A DNA stretch of 64,000 nt. Origin: an uncultured Thermoleophilia bacterium. Its GTDB lineage: Bacteria > Actinomycetota > Thermoleophilia > UBA2241. Location: positions 710,905-774,904 of the forward strand of contig CAVQVW010000004.1 in NCBI GenBank assembly GCA_963717285.1. The letters run 5' to 3'. The translations under genes and the position numbers were made by a program. Below, in pieces: positions 50,990-61,995 of the stretch; within the stretch, counting starts at the first letter, position 1, and every line of letters begins with the position of its first letter. The notes below the pieces were generated by a model. That model made no database searches. It worked only from the letters and a program-made list of their open reading frames with translations, and was not told the origin of the DNA.

Positions 50990-52776
50990 CCCGGCACCGG
51001 GCTCAAAGGGGCTGAAGTAGTAGCCGGGGGATGCGGGAAGCCCCTTGCCATTCGCCAGTCCACCAGGAGGTAGCGGACTCTTGCCGACCGTTGATGCTGT
51101 CCACGACGGTGCCATCATCGTCCTCGGCGAAGAAGATCGGCCAAACGGTGTTCTGCGCGAGTGTGTCCTGCTCTCCGTAGGTGGCGAGCGCGAATGAATC
51201 AAGCTGGTTCGCGCCGAAACGCTGGTCGATGCCCTAGCTGCTCGCGTGCCCACTTCGAGGCACTGATTACGTCCGGCTGGACCGACCACGGATAGCCCTG
51301 CGAGTTCGGTGGCTCTGGCAGCCGTTGGTAGAACGCCGTCCCAATGGTCACTTCCCCGATGAACACCACCGTCACGAGGCCTGTGGCCACTGCCGTTGCG
51401 TGCCTGGCTCCTGCAGTCCCGAGCCATGGAAGCGCAGGTGGTGCCGCCCGAGTCCGACCCCGGCGATGCCGCCGCCAGGTCGCCCCTGCGGCCAGCAGCC
51501 CTACAGCGCACCCGAGTCCCGCGAAGACGTATGCCGAGGACCGGCCTGATATGGCGACGCCGTCGGGAGCAAGTCGCGGCATCAGGCTCAACGGAAAGGC
51601 AATAGCGACACCGATGGCAACGGCCATCGGGGGACGGAGTCCGGACGGCCCCAGGCTCGAATAGAGGGCCACAGGTAGAGTCAGCAGAAGCACGCCGACA
51701 GCGGCGAAACCGGCGACAGTCTCCCAAGCTGGGGAGGCGTAGCCACCGCTCGCATAGAGCTGGCGCGGCGCAGTCTCGCCGAGCAACAGAGAGCCCGTCT
51801 GCCGCAGGGCAGGAAGGATGTTGTTCGGGAAGAGGTAGGATGCTGCTGGGTCCGCGACGAAGAGGAGCCACGCCAGGGTCGTGGTCCCGGCCACAAGGGT
51901 CATGAGCCCGACAAGCGTGCGTCGCGGTCTGACACACGATACGGCCGCAGTCTACGATAGGTGTGGATCAGACCAGCCACCACGCACCCAGAAGCGCCGA
52001 GAGGGCGAGCCCGACGACATGGTGAGTGACGGCTACTGCGACGATCGCGAGGGCCGTAACGGCCAGTGCCGGACGACCTCTCCCTCGACGCGTGCGTCCA
52101 AGCCACCAGACGACAAACGTCGCGAGCGGGAGCGCCAGGTTCTCATAGGAGAAGGCGGCAGCCCAGAACAGGAACATCGGGTTGGCGGCGTAGACGAGGC
52201 TGGCTGCAGCCGCTGCCCGACCTGATCCCGTGACCCTCTCTGCGATCAAGAAGAAGCAGGCGGAGAAGAGAACGCGTGCGACGCCGATGATGAGGAGGCC
52301 CGACGCGAAGGGGCCGAGGCCGGTGAGGTGCACGAAGCCCGCCGTGACCGCGGCCAGCCCTGGGTAGTAGGTCGCCGTTGGCAGCAGCGGGTTGGATGCG
52401 AAGAGACGGTGAGTGCGAAGGATGTCTCTGGGTGCTCCGCAGGTGGACGTACTCATCGCTGAACGTGAACGCGGTCTGGAGAACCGAGGACTTTGACGAG
52501 ATAGAGGGCAACGCCGAGAAGGATGACAAGCGTCAGCCGCTCGCGTCGATCAGTGTGTTGCATCAAGACGCGGAAAGCGATGGGAACGAAGATCAGGAGC
52601 AGACCGAGCCAGAAGAACGCTGACGCCTTGCTGTACCCATACCCGTGACGGCTCATTGCGTCCGCAACTGCGACAGAGACTAGGCCTAGCGCGGCGCAGA
52701 GCGCGACGGCGGACATCCATCGGCGGTCGAAATGAGCGTCCTCGTGCAAGGTCCGAGCCTCGAGGGGCTGCGTCAT
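50990..52776 (-). pseudogene. large polytopic membrane protein, GT-C-fold glycosyltransferase-like (PMT/arabinosyltransferase-like), at least three frameshifts
   Basis: Segments 52453-52776, 51968-52456 (...ATYYPGL...) and 51199-51903, plus a soluble C-terminal piece ending ...TGEWQGASRIPRLLLQPL, are all on the minus strand in shifting frames. Confidence 0.45.
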
Positions 52777-53021
52777 GGCTGCGAAGGTCCGTTCCCGAGG
52801 CCCTCAGGCCTTCGGACCCTGCCGTTCGAGGCCGTATGTCGACGCGACGGGAGAGAGTGGCCGCCCACTACGCTGGTCAGCCAGCCGGCCCGGTAAGGAC
52901 GACGACTACGACGTCGTGACCGCGCCGGGCAAGTTCACGCACGAGCGCGCCTGCGTGGAGGGCAAACTCACCGACTGGAGACGGAAGGACGCAGTCGATG
53001 GCCTGGAAGATGCGCATCACA

Positions 53022-54284
53022 CTATTCTCTCATCCCTGGACTCTGTGCCACGGGTGCCAGAGTTGATGACCGCAGCAAGTCGAGTACCACGAATCCGCAC
53101 CCGAGCAATTGCATGGCAAGAAACGCCCATCCAACCGCGATGATGCCAAGCACAGGCAGAAGAACCCAGGACAGCGCCACGATGCCGATGCCCATGCCCA
53201 GATTGAGTCCAGCGGCGGCGACAAGCCTTCCACGAACTCGCAGCACGGCGACGTACACGTTGGTGATGGCGTCGAAGACCGAGGCGAGCAGCACGACGCG
53301 CAGCAGTCCTGTGGCCTGTAGCTCGTAGGCGGGACCGAGCGCAGAAAGCAGGATGCCGCCCAGAGCGAGAACGCCTACCACCGCCGGTGCGAGTATCGCG
53401 AGAATGATCACTAGTGCAGAGCGAGCCTTCGCACGCAAGTCCTCTGGGCTGTGGACGCCCTCGGCGAACAGGGATGCGGACACCGCGGGCGCTATGATCA
53501 GGAAGATCCCGGCGATCATCCATGTAGTGTAGAAGTACGCGTTGTCACTCGCGGAGAGCCGCGCCGTTACCAGCAGAGGCAGCAGGTACGGCAGCAGCGC
53601 CCCCCCCATGCCTATCAACTGGTGGCCCGCGAGACGGGAGCGCAGTCCTCGTGCCGTGCGTATGAGGGCCGACGGCCCCGGTGGCTGCAGGAGACTGACC
53701 CGCCGGGTCAGGAGACCTGTGCCGAGGCCGAGTCCGACAACGGCAGCTACGGCCCAAGCGCCGAGTAGACTCAGCGGGCTCGTAGTGCCGACCACCAGGG
53801 TGAGGAGAACGACGATGAGGACCTTGCTGGCAGCGACGCCCGAGTTGCGGCCCAGCATGTTCCCCGCCGCTCGCTCGGCGATGAAGGCGTAGTCGAGGAT
53901 GGCGCCAGCGGTCATGGCCACCGTGCCGACGGCAAACACCGTCGCGTACGTTGCACCATGGAGTACAGCCAGCTGCTCGGCGACGAGCGGCAGCAAGACA
54001 AGCGCGGCGCATCCCAGTACCAGGCTCGTGACGATAGCGGATGTCAGCCCTGCCCAGAACGTGAGTGACCAGCCCGCTGGCTTCTGCCGCTGGGGAAGCG
54101 ACTGGATGAGCGTGCCGCCAACTCCGAGACTGGCCAGGAGAAGCACGATCGTGCTGGCGGAGATGACCGCGGCGGTCAGGCCGACGACCTGCGCCGGGAA
54201 GAGGCGCGCGGCCAGGAGCCAGTATAGGAAGCCAAGTGCTGAGTTCACGACCGTGGTCGCCATGATGAACAGGCTGTTCCGCAT
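53022..54284 (-). CDS. polysaccharide biosynthesis protein / Wzx-like flippase (MOP superfamily)
   Basis: About 420 aa with roughly 12 TM helices and MRNSLFIMATTVVNSALGFLYW at the N-terminus. Confidence 0.65.
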   Translation of the reverse strand: MRNSLFIMATTVVNSALGFLYWLLAARLFPAQVVGLTAAVISASTIVLLLASLGVGGTLIQSLPQRQKPAGWSLTFWAGLTSAIVTSLVLGCAALVLLPLVAEQLAVLHGATYATVFAVGTVAMTAGAILDYAFIAERAAGNMLGRNSGVAASKVLIVVLLTLVVGTTSPLSLLGAWAVAAVVGLGLGTGLLTRRVSLLQPPGPSALIRTARGLRSRLAGHQLIGMGGALLPYLLPLLVTARLSASDNAYFYTTWMIAGIFLIIAPAVSASLFAEGVHSPEDLRAKARSALVIILAILAPAVVGVLALGGILLSALGPAYELQATGLLRVVLLASVFDAITNVYVAVLRVRGRLVAAAGLNLGMGIGIVALSWVLLPVLGIIAVGWAFLAMQLLGCGFVVLDLLRSSTLAPVAQSPGMRE

Positions 54285-54513
54285 CAGCGAGTCACGACGG
54301 ACACGACCTAACAGCACCCCGGGAGACCACCAGAATCGGGACCAGCGACTCTCGCTAGCGCAGGCGGTGGATGCAGGAGGCGGGGCATGCTTCACCCGCC
54401 AGGTTCTCCGTACTCTGGGGCCTGACGGCGTCGATGCTGGGGGTCGAGCGGCATGGGTTTCGGTTGACGCCGCTGGGCGCTCCCAGTTGGTCTCTCGAGG
54501 GTCCATCGCCATC

Positions 54514-55390
54514 CTACCCTCGATCAGCAGGGTCTAGAGAAAAGGCGTGGATGGTCACACCCAGCCCCGACAGTAGCCCGTCGTCTCCCGCGCACGGCGC
54601 TGTGCGAACGAGCCCCAGGACCGAGTCGGCGCGGAATGGGAGGCGTACGCGTGCGATCTCCGCGGTTCGTAGAATGCAGTAGACCAACTGCCAGGGAACA
54701 GGAACAAGCCTGCAACGTCGACCTTCTTGTGCCGCGAGTGCCTTCAGCAGGTCCGGGAGCACTATGGGGGTTGGATGCGCGACGGAGATCGTGTCGGGCT
54801 GCAGGGTGTCAACTGCGGCAAGTGCACGAATGGCCATCACTAGGTCGTCTTCATGCACCGTGCATAGACCGACCCCGCCAGCAATCACCGGAACGATCGG
54901 CAGCCTGGTGAGCTTTCGAAGCGCCCCGGCCATGCCGCCAGGTCGCCTGCCGTAAACCAAGCCCGGCCGCACAGCGCAACCACCGAATGCCATGGTCATG
55001 GCCTCGATGTCCAGCTTGGCTCGCCCGTACAGCTGTCTGGTCCCTTCGTATGCGGACATACTTGACAGAACGAGGATGCGGCGCACCCCGGCGTCCGCTG
55101 CAGCTTCCAGCAAGCGACGTGAGCCTTCCACATTCACCCGCCAAATGTCGACAGGGCTTGTCAGTGATAGGTCGTATGCCGCATGCACTAGGACGTCTGC
55201 CGAGCGCAGGACCTCTTTCACTTCAGCGCTGACTGACTCGGCGAGGCCGTAGGCGACGGCCGGTCCGCGCCTCCTGCTCGGAGATCGGACGAGCCCGACA
55301 ACCTGCCACCCACCGCGATTCCAGGCTCGCACATACTCGGGACCCGAGGTAGCCAGAGGCTCCGGTGACAGCGGCTACCGGTGCTGACGC
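54514..55390 (-). CDS. NAD-dependent epimerase/dehydratase-family SDR with an N-terminal frameshift (~55330); DprE2-like partner of the upstream oxidase
   Basis: Rossmann motif VAAVTGASGYLGS lies in the frame of ORF 55223-55516. The remainder lies in the frame of ORF 54514-55332. Confidence 0.5.
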
Positions 55391-55392
55391 AG

Positions 55393-56991
55393 TCAAGGGG
55401 CGAGCTCTAGGCTCTCGGATGCGATTCGGTGGGCGTTGGCCATGACCGTGAGCGTGAAGGTCATCGCCGGCACGTTGGGAAAGACGGATGCGTCCACGAT
55501 GTGAATCCGCCGCCAAGACCCCACGCGACCCAGTCGGTCACTGCCGAAGACCGTTGACCTGCAGTTTGTATGGGGGAAGCTACCGCCCCAGTGATAGCTC
55601 TTGCCGCCGGCAGCTAGCCGGAGCAATGGCAGCACCGGATAGAGATCAAGCAGGGGAGCCGACTGGACCAGTCTCGCCAGCACCGTGGCCAGCATCCGAT
55701 TGCGGCCTGCGGGTACCGTGTCCCTGGAGATGTGCATTGCCGGAGGATTTGCGCTGCTGGAACCGGGCCGCGCACGAACAGACAGCCGAGGTGACCTCCA
55801 CGACGGCAAGTACCCGAAAGCGACAGTCAGTCGACGTAGCAGTTGCGTCCGAGCTCGTTCCGCTGCATGACCTCGAAGCGGCGACGGCAGGGCGCTCGTG
55901 AATGCGGAGTTGAATGTGTAGAAATGGAGCTGGGACATGTCGACTGGGCTTTCATCGAGCGCGACGATCATGTTGAACTGATTCAGGGTGAAGTCGGGCT
56001 TTCGTCGAGGATCCGGAGTCGCGCGCAGAGACACCATGGGCAAGATGAACTGCTGCGATTCGAGCATGGCTATGTCAATGCCCCATAGGCCCAAAGAATC
56101 GGCGACGAGCCTAGTGGTTCCCATCGCCCCGCACGCGACGTAGACGCGATCAGCCTCGAATTGCCGCATTCGTCCGGTCGCGATTTCCTTGGCGATGACG
56201 AGGGCCCTGCTAGCCTCCTCCGCAACCTTGGTGACCAATAAGCCGCTGTGATGCGTCACTCGGCCAGAGCAACGTAGAGCGTCGAACGTCTGCGCGGCCG
56301 AGTAGATCAGACCATATGGACAACCAGTCATACAAAGACCACATCGAACGCAGCTCGTCGCGTCGAAGGCCAGTCGAGCTTTTCCGATCGTGACTTCTCG
56401 GCCTTGGAGCGCCGATCGATGCCGTTCGTAGGCGTCCAGTACCCGCCGGCTCCTGGGGGACAACTGCGGGAGTGGGGCCGGCTGCCCCATCAGGGGGAAG
56501 CTGGCAGCAAGATCGTCCTCCTCACCGGCGAACGGGATCTGACGAAGAATCGACTCGTAGTGAGGTCGGATCACCGCGGCGCTGATAGGCCAGCTCTCAA
56601 AGGTGGATGCAGTGAACGGCATCAGCTGGGAGCCCCAAACCGTGCTGAAACCGCCGTAGGCCGCTGAAACGAGCGACGTGGTCGCATCTGACGCGGCGGT
56701 GAGTCCGTCAAGCTGTCCGACGTTCCGGAACGGATAGTTCGACCCGAATAGACGCTTCTCCGGAACGCCGCGCGTCTTCGAGTTCACCGGCCCCTCAGAG
56801 ATGCCATCGACCAGCGCTGCATCCCAGTCGGCAGCCTCCAAGGAGGCCAGGACGTCGACGAGCTGCTGACGCTCCGGTTCAAGTTGAAGGCCAACCTCGA
56901 TGACGGTGATTCCGAGGTCCCCGCGACGGCTCAGCGCGAGGGCAGCAGCTGCAGCAGCGGGTCCGGTACCGATGATGAGGGCCGTGGTCAC
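55393..56991 (-). CDS. GMC-family FAD-dependent oxidoreductase
   Basis: N-terminal ALIIGTGPAAAAAALALS FAD-binding fold and C-terminal ...HWGGSFPH...IHIVDASVFPNVPAMTFTLTVMANAHRIA. Its stop overlaps the start of the downstream SDR. Confidence 0.65.
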   Translation of the reverse strand: MTTALIIGTGPAAAAAALALSRRGDLGITVIEVGLQLEPERQQLVDVLASLEAADWDAALVDGISEGPVNSKTRGVPEKRLFGSNYPFRNVGQLDGLTAASDATTSLVSAAYGGFSTVWGSQLMPFTASTFESWPISAAVIRPHYESILRQIPFAGEEDDLAASFPLMGQPAPLPQLSPRSRRVLDAYERHRSALQGREVTIGKARLAFDATSCVRCGLCMTGCPYGLIYSAAQTFDALRCSGRVTHHSGLLVTKVAEEASRALVIAKEIATGRMRQFEADRVYVACGAMGTTRLVADSLGLWGIDIAMLESQQFILPMVSLRATPDPRRKPDFTLNQFNMIVALDESPVDMSQLHFYTFNSAFTSALPSPLRGHAAERARTQLLRRLTVAFGYLPSWRSPRLSVRARPGSSSANPPAMHISRDTVPAGRNRMLATVLARLVQSAPLLDLYPVLPLLRLAAGGKSYHWGGSFPHTNCRSTVFGSDRLGRVGSWRRIHIVDASVFPNVPAMTFTLTVMANAHRIASESLELAP

Positions 56992-57253
56992 AACGTCACC
57001 CGCCCTCCACTGTGAACCGAGCGTGTTCGGCGTTGTCTCGTCCTCGCATTGAGCTGTTCGATCTCTCCTCGAGGGTGGGCGAACCTGTCGGCACAGTCAC
57101 CTCGACGATGAGCCGACAACCGGGACTGGAATCCCGACAGCCCGGTGCGCAATCGCCTTGGTGCGTCTTATGCAGTGATGCGTCACTTGGCGAAGAGTGG
57201 AAGACCATCTGTCGCTCTACGCCGTTGCTGCACACGTAGGCCGGCAGCGAAGG

Positions 57254-58213
57254 TCAAATGGCCATGGCGATTGGCTGGCGCCGCCGGTCGACGCCGGTGC
57301 GGCGCTCGTGGGTCATGAATCGGTTCTCTCTGCGCCTTTCCGTTATGCGCCGGTCGACGATATGCGCCTCCAGTGCTGGCGTCGACGCGACCGACGGAAG
57401 CCGCATTGGCGCTACTTCGGCACGACCGGTCCTGTGGCGTCGCTGCCAGGCACTGAGCACTCGGCGCCGTTTCTCGGTTTCAGAGACAATCGTGCGGAGT
57501 ACCCTCAGACCGTCCCTGACGGCGCTCAGGTTGCTGGCGCCATGAAGTCGGCGGTGCTCATAGCTCGGAACTTCAACAACCGTGAGGCCGGCCGCGGCCA
57601 CGCGGATGTTGATCAGGGTCTCAATCTCGAAACCGTCGCCCCACAAGCGCCCGTCACCTCCCGCCGGGGCGGGGGATTGCCAGTCAAGGCCGAGGACGGG
57701 AAGGCATGTGCTCGCCCAGAACGCGTTGTATCCGTAGCACAAGTCGCTGTAGCCTGTCCGACACAGGGCGTTCACCAACCGCATGAGGAAGCGATTGCCA
57801 GCGCGGCGAAACCGGGTGATGTCCGCGCTTCCGCCACCTCTGGTGAATCGGCTTCCCTTGGCGAAGTCTGCGCCGGCGGCCAGCGCATCCACGAAACGGG
57901 GGATTTCCGCAGGATCAGCGGAACCGTCTGCATCCAGCATCACTATCACGTCGCCCGAACACGCCGCAAAACCGCAGGCGAGCGCGTTGCCCTTCCCGCG
58001 TCTCGTCTGCGGGATCACTCGCACGTCGCTGCGTAGCCGCCGTGCAGCCTCCGGAGTCCCATCTGTGGACCCTCCGTCGACCAAGACGACCTCGAAGATG
58101 CTCTCGGGCAGAGCGGCGAGCACGTGTTCGAGGTTCTTCGCTTCATTCAACGCCGGAATGACGACGCTCACCTCCGGACGGCTCCTGCGCAACTCGCTGT
58201 CCGGTCTGTTCAT
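57254..58213 (-). CDS. GT2 polyprenyl-phosphate glycosyltransferase (DPM1/ArnC-like)
   Basis: VSVVIPALNEAKNL...VVLVDGGSTDGT...MLDADGSADP. Confidence 0.7.
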   Translation of the reverse strand: MNRPDSELRRSRPEVSVVIPALNEAKNLEHVLAALPESIFEVVLVDGGSTDGTPEAARRLRSDVRVIPQTRRGKGNALACGFAACSGDVIVMLDADGSADPAEIPRFVDALAAGADFAKGSRFTRGGGSADITRFRRAGNRFLMRLVNALCRTGYSDLCYGYNAFWASTCLPVLGLDWQSPAPAGGDGRLWGDGFEIETLINIRVAAAGLTVVEVPSYEHRRLHGASNLSAVRDGLRVLRTIVSETEKRRRVLSAWQRRHRTGRAEVAPMRLPSVASTPALEAHIVDRRITERRRENRFMTHERRTGVDRRRQPIAMAI

Positions 58214-58514
58214 GAGCCTGCCTTCACGGTCGGTGCGCGTGTTCGGAATAGTATACTTCGAGCACTTGACGCATCCGCGCAACTTCGTTGCCTCGACTGG
58301 CAACACCCTGTGTCTGTGAGGACTCGTCAATCCGCCTTTAACCGCACGGTCAGGGGCAGGGGACCTGACCGGACCCCATTCATCGGTCGACCTCCCGCAT
58401 AGGTACCGGCGCGGCGTAGTCGGAGAGGGAGAAGCCCGGGAAGACTATCGTCTCGGGTGCTGGCCGTCACTGCCTTCCCAGTGTCGTGCAGTGCCAGCGA
58501 TCGCCGCCCAGCAC

Positions 58515-58810
58515 CATCCAGTGACGCCAGGTTCGGTTGCAGGAGGGTTGCAGGCGGGCTGCAGAGAGGGGCCTGCGGAATCCTCTGGAGCACGCAAAAC
58601 CCCTGCATTTACGTTTGAAGAGGAGTGGTAGCGCATACGGGATTTGAACCCGTGTTACCGCCGTGAGAGGGCTGTATCCTAGTGTCAGGTAGTGCCCCTG
58701 AGTGCCACGGAGTGCCGTTCCACGCGTAGAGAATCGGGTCGATCTGCCACTGAGTGCCATTGCGTGCCACCCAGTGACGCCAGGTGCGGTTGCAGGAGGG
58801 CTGCAAGCGG
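58515..58810 (-). repeat. Composite A-C-A repeat element (minus orientation), intact copy
   Basis: A' modules at 58515-58560 and 58775-58810. C core at 58625-58700 ends (reverse complement) ...GGTTCAAATCCCGTATGCGCTACCA. Confidence 0.8.
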
Positions 58811-59026
58811 AGGCAGATCGGGGCATCCCGCCCTGGTTCATTCACTGGTCCACTCCCCACGATGGGATGAGGGCCGCTCCCTCAAGTGAGTGTCGGTCGT
58901 GCCCTTGCGATCTGCTGAGGTTCGGCTCGCCCGACTCGACTAGCGAGTCCGCCCGTCGATTGTGAACGCCGCCGCCAGTGTGGTTTCGAGACTGCCTAGT
59001 GGACCACCACTCGTGGCCATGCCCGC

Positions 59027-60295
59027 TCAGCTCAGCGAAAGCGCTCCTCCAGATAGTGCGCTCACTTCGGACAGCGGTAGCTCCTGGGACTGATTCCCAT
59101 TCCTGATGTAGAACCTCTCGACAGGCTGGCCGTTCTTGTTCTTCGTCTGCACGATGAGCGGCTCACTGACTGGAGCTACGTCGACGCGGCGGACGTCCTT
59201 CTCGTCGATCTCGTCGAACGTCGTCTTCACCTTGCTCGTCACCACTGCTACGCCAAGCTGGTGGCTGAGTATGTTCCTGAGGTGCAGTTCGAATCCGTCT
59301 CGGTCCCATCCCTCGTGCGACAGGTAGTCGTGCTCGAGTCCGACGATCGAGCCGTCGTCGCTCACTCCGATGAGCAGAGTCCCACCGTGCGAATTGGCGA
59401 ACGCTGCCACGGACTTGAGAACCACCTCCTCAAGCGTCTTGCTCACGGTCTCCCGGGGGATGTCCCAGCGCAGCGTGGACTTGAACTCCAGCTCGTCGCT
59501 CTCACCCTCCGAAATCAGGTCTTGCAGCGTGACAGCCGCGGAGGCCTCTTCAGTGGCAGTGATGCCCTCGAGGAAAGCGTTCAAATGCTCCGCTAGCATC
59601 TCGCGGCGCACCTTGATGAACCGTTCGTAGTTCTCGATCTGCCAGAGCTCTCTGTCTTGCGGAATGCACTGCAGCTCAAGGACCTTTGGAAACCTCTCCT
59701 CCACGGCGGACAGATAGTCTGAGGCGCTCGTGTCCGATTTCGCTCGATTTGCCACCTGCGTCAGGAGCGCGCGGTTGGTGAACTCCTGGGCGAGCGCGTA
59801 CTTCACTCGGTTCTCGTGACCATAGCCTGCCTTCTTGAGGAGGGAGTACGGGAAGATGTGGTCCAGCTCGAGCTGGTACTTGCTGCCCATGTTCTTGTGC
59901 AAGCCGATTCCGGTCGTCAAACACACAGCGCCGCGGCTCTTGAGGTACCAGCGCACCATGCTGAACAACGGATTCTGGATCGCACGGCCCTCGAACTCGA
60001 ACGGCATGATCTCCAGCTGCCGCTCTTCCTCGGCGATGACCTGGAGCAGTTCGTCGAAGGGTTGCTTCGATTCGGTGAGGGTCCTCAGGTCCCGGTCAAG
60101 CTTCTGAGGCAGCTGGCTTACGTAGCGCGAGCGCACCTGGGAGTAGTAGAACCACTTCACCATCTTGCGAGTCTGCGCGTCCGTGAGAGGCTTCCCGTGC
60201 ATGTCGAAGCAGTAGACGATAATCGGCACCAGGGCGTAGGGCGAGCTGATCTCCTTGATGTGGTCGACGTACGCGTTCGGTGCGCAGCAGGTTGA
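59027..60295 (-). pseudogene. 5'-truncated defence-type gene: DUF1524 (GmrSD-family HNH-like nuclease, ...YQLELDHIFPYS...) fused to a C-terminal AlbA_2/Schlafen-like domain; the DUF262 N-terminus is lost
   Basis: Real coding ends at the inverted-duplication boundary (60296). The upstream part of the predicted ORF is read through duplicated DNA and is spurious. Confidence 0.55.
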
Positions 60296-60419
60296 CCACG
60301 TAGTCAAGGACCTGACCCTCGAGCTTCTACAACAGTCTGCGCCCGCACAGCTGGCTGGGGCAACGCCCGCTGGCACCGGAGACAATCGCCTTCCCCGCTT
60401 CTCGCTCGCTGACCACGGG

Positions 60420-60490
60420 CCGCCGAAACCTATGCCGGAGGTGGCTCTGGGACTATCGTGGGAAGAGGACCGATGAACGGTGCCCGGTGA
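60420..60490 (+). repeat. B-module copy (right inverted repeat of the IS481/IS3-like element), preceded by the last ~50 codons of the transposase (60296-60420)
   Basis: 60296-60490 is the reverse complement of 8545-8735. Confidence 0.75.
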
Positions 60491-60508
60491 GGCCGATCTT
60501 CGGGTAGT

Positions 60509-61690
60509 ATGCCAGCATGCGAGGCATTCGTCCGAGACCGGCCCTACTGCGCATGGGATTCGCCTACGGCTCGACGGGGCGCTCGCCTCGCGCCGAGTGT
60601 GAGTCCATGCGCGAGACAACAACGAAGACGCGACCGCCTGATGTCTGGGTCCGCTAGTCGGCCTGGCCCGTTCCTCTTCGCCGATCTTGGCGCAAGGGTC
60701 CACCCCCGAGTCGACCCGAGTCGTTATGATGCCGAGCTCGACGGACTCTATTCGAGCTTGTTCGCGACTGTCGACTGGTTCGAGACCCATGACATGCCCG
60801 AATGGATGGAGCGTGCATCCTGGAGAAGCCTCGCCATGTGCTGCTCTTCACGGGCAAGGGCGCTACCGTCGAAATCCTCAACAAGACGTTCGACATCGCC
60901 CCAGAAGACGCAAGGCGCGCCTGCCAAGCGCTCTTCCGCGCCTTTCCGCACGTGCGCCGCATCCACTTCGAGGTGATGTTTGCGCCCTCGACACTGGCTC
61001 TCCCTGCGAGGGTGCTCCACCACACCGATCACATGGTGATAGAGCTGCCCGAGACCGAGGAGGAGTACGCGCGCATCGCTCGGCAGGAGCAGGCACCTGC
61101 GCAGCTATCAGAATCGACTGAGGCGGGACTTCAGTGAGGTGGCAACGAAGACCATGCCCGTCGACGAGAGGGCGCCCGCATTGCTCAGGCAGCTGGTGCA
61201 GTGGAAGGAAGCCAGCTTCCATGCACGGGGGAAGCAGACGTATTGGGAGACCCATCCGCAGGTTGCCCGCAACCTCCAGGCTCTGCTGAGACGCCGGGGG
61301 GAGATTCGCCTGACATCAATCGACGGTGAGATGGCGGCGCTCTCGTTCAACTTCCCGGTGGGGACTAGCGTATGTGCCCAGCAGGCGGCGGTGCAGCCTG
61401 GCTTTGACCGCTACGGGTTGTCGCTGCTCGCAACTACTGGGACGTCTGTGACGCGATCTCCCGAGGCTTCCGGAGTTTCAACCTGCTCTGGGCAACGAGG
61501 AATTCAAGTCCCGCTTGGAGCGAGACCGCATCGCGCCCACTCCCCTCTCGGGTCTCCCGAACCCAGAGCGATTTCCCGGCTCTGGTCGCTGGACGGGAGT
61601 GGCAGGCGCACGCCGCCAAGCGCCGGACGTCTACTGGCAGGCACGACGCCGTGCAGGCCACATGCTCAGGAGTCTAGAGGCGGACAGGAG
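60509..61690 (+). pseudogene. frameshifted second copy of the CelD-like GNAT acetyltransferase gene
   Basis: Collinear with the reverse complement of 7370-8554. At least four frameshifts split it across ORFs 60509-60976, 60802-61137, 61139-61789 and 61515-61955. Confidence 0.75.
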
Positions 61691-61804
61691 TTGGTTAGCC
61701 GAGCGCGAGTCTCTGTCAGCACTTGTTGCTCGGGTGCCGCCCAGTGCCTCTCCGAGCGTGAAGAACCGAGTCGATTTGCCGCCGAGTGACAGCGAGAGCC
61801 ATGA

Positions 61805-61995
61805 AGTGACGCCAGGTTCAGGGTCGCAGGAGGGTTGCAGACGGGTTGCAGAAGGGCCTGGCGGAATCCTGGGAACAGCCAAAACCCCTGCATTTGTATG
61901 CCTGAAGAGGGGTGGTAGCGCACTACGGGATTTGAACCCGGTGTTACCGCCGTGAGAGGGCTGTGACTATGTGTCAGGTGGTGCCGCTGGGAGTT
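61805..61995 (-). repeat. A-C composite, truncated after the C core by the adjacent IS256-like element
   Basis: A' at 61805-61850 and tRNA-like core at 61905-61975. Confidence 0.65.

Noticed and set aside
59027-60790. Treating the whole 587-aa ORF as one gene
   Set aside because: The first ~165 residues are read through the inverted duplicate of the 8-kb region (they match the translation of 7808-8776). True coding stops at the duplication boundary, 60296.
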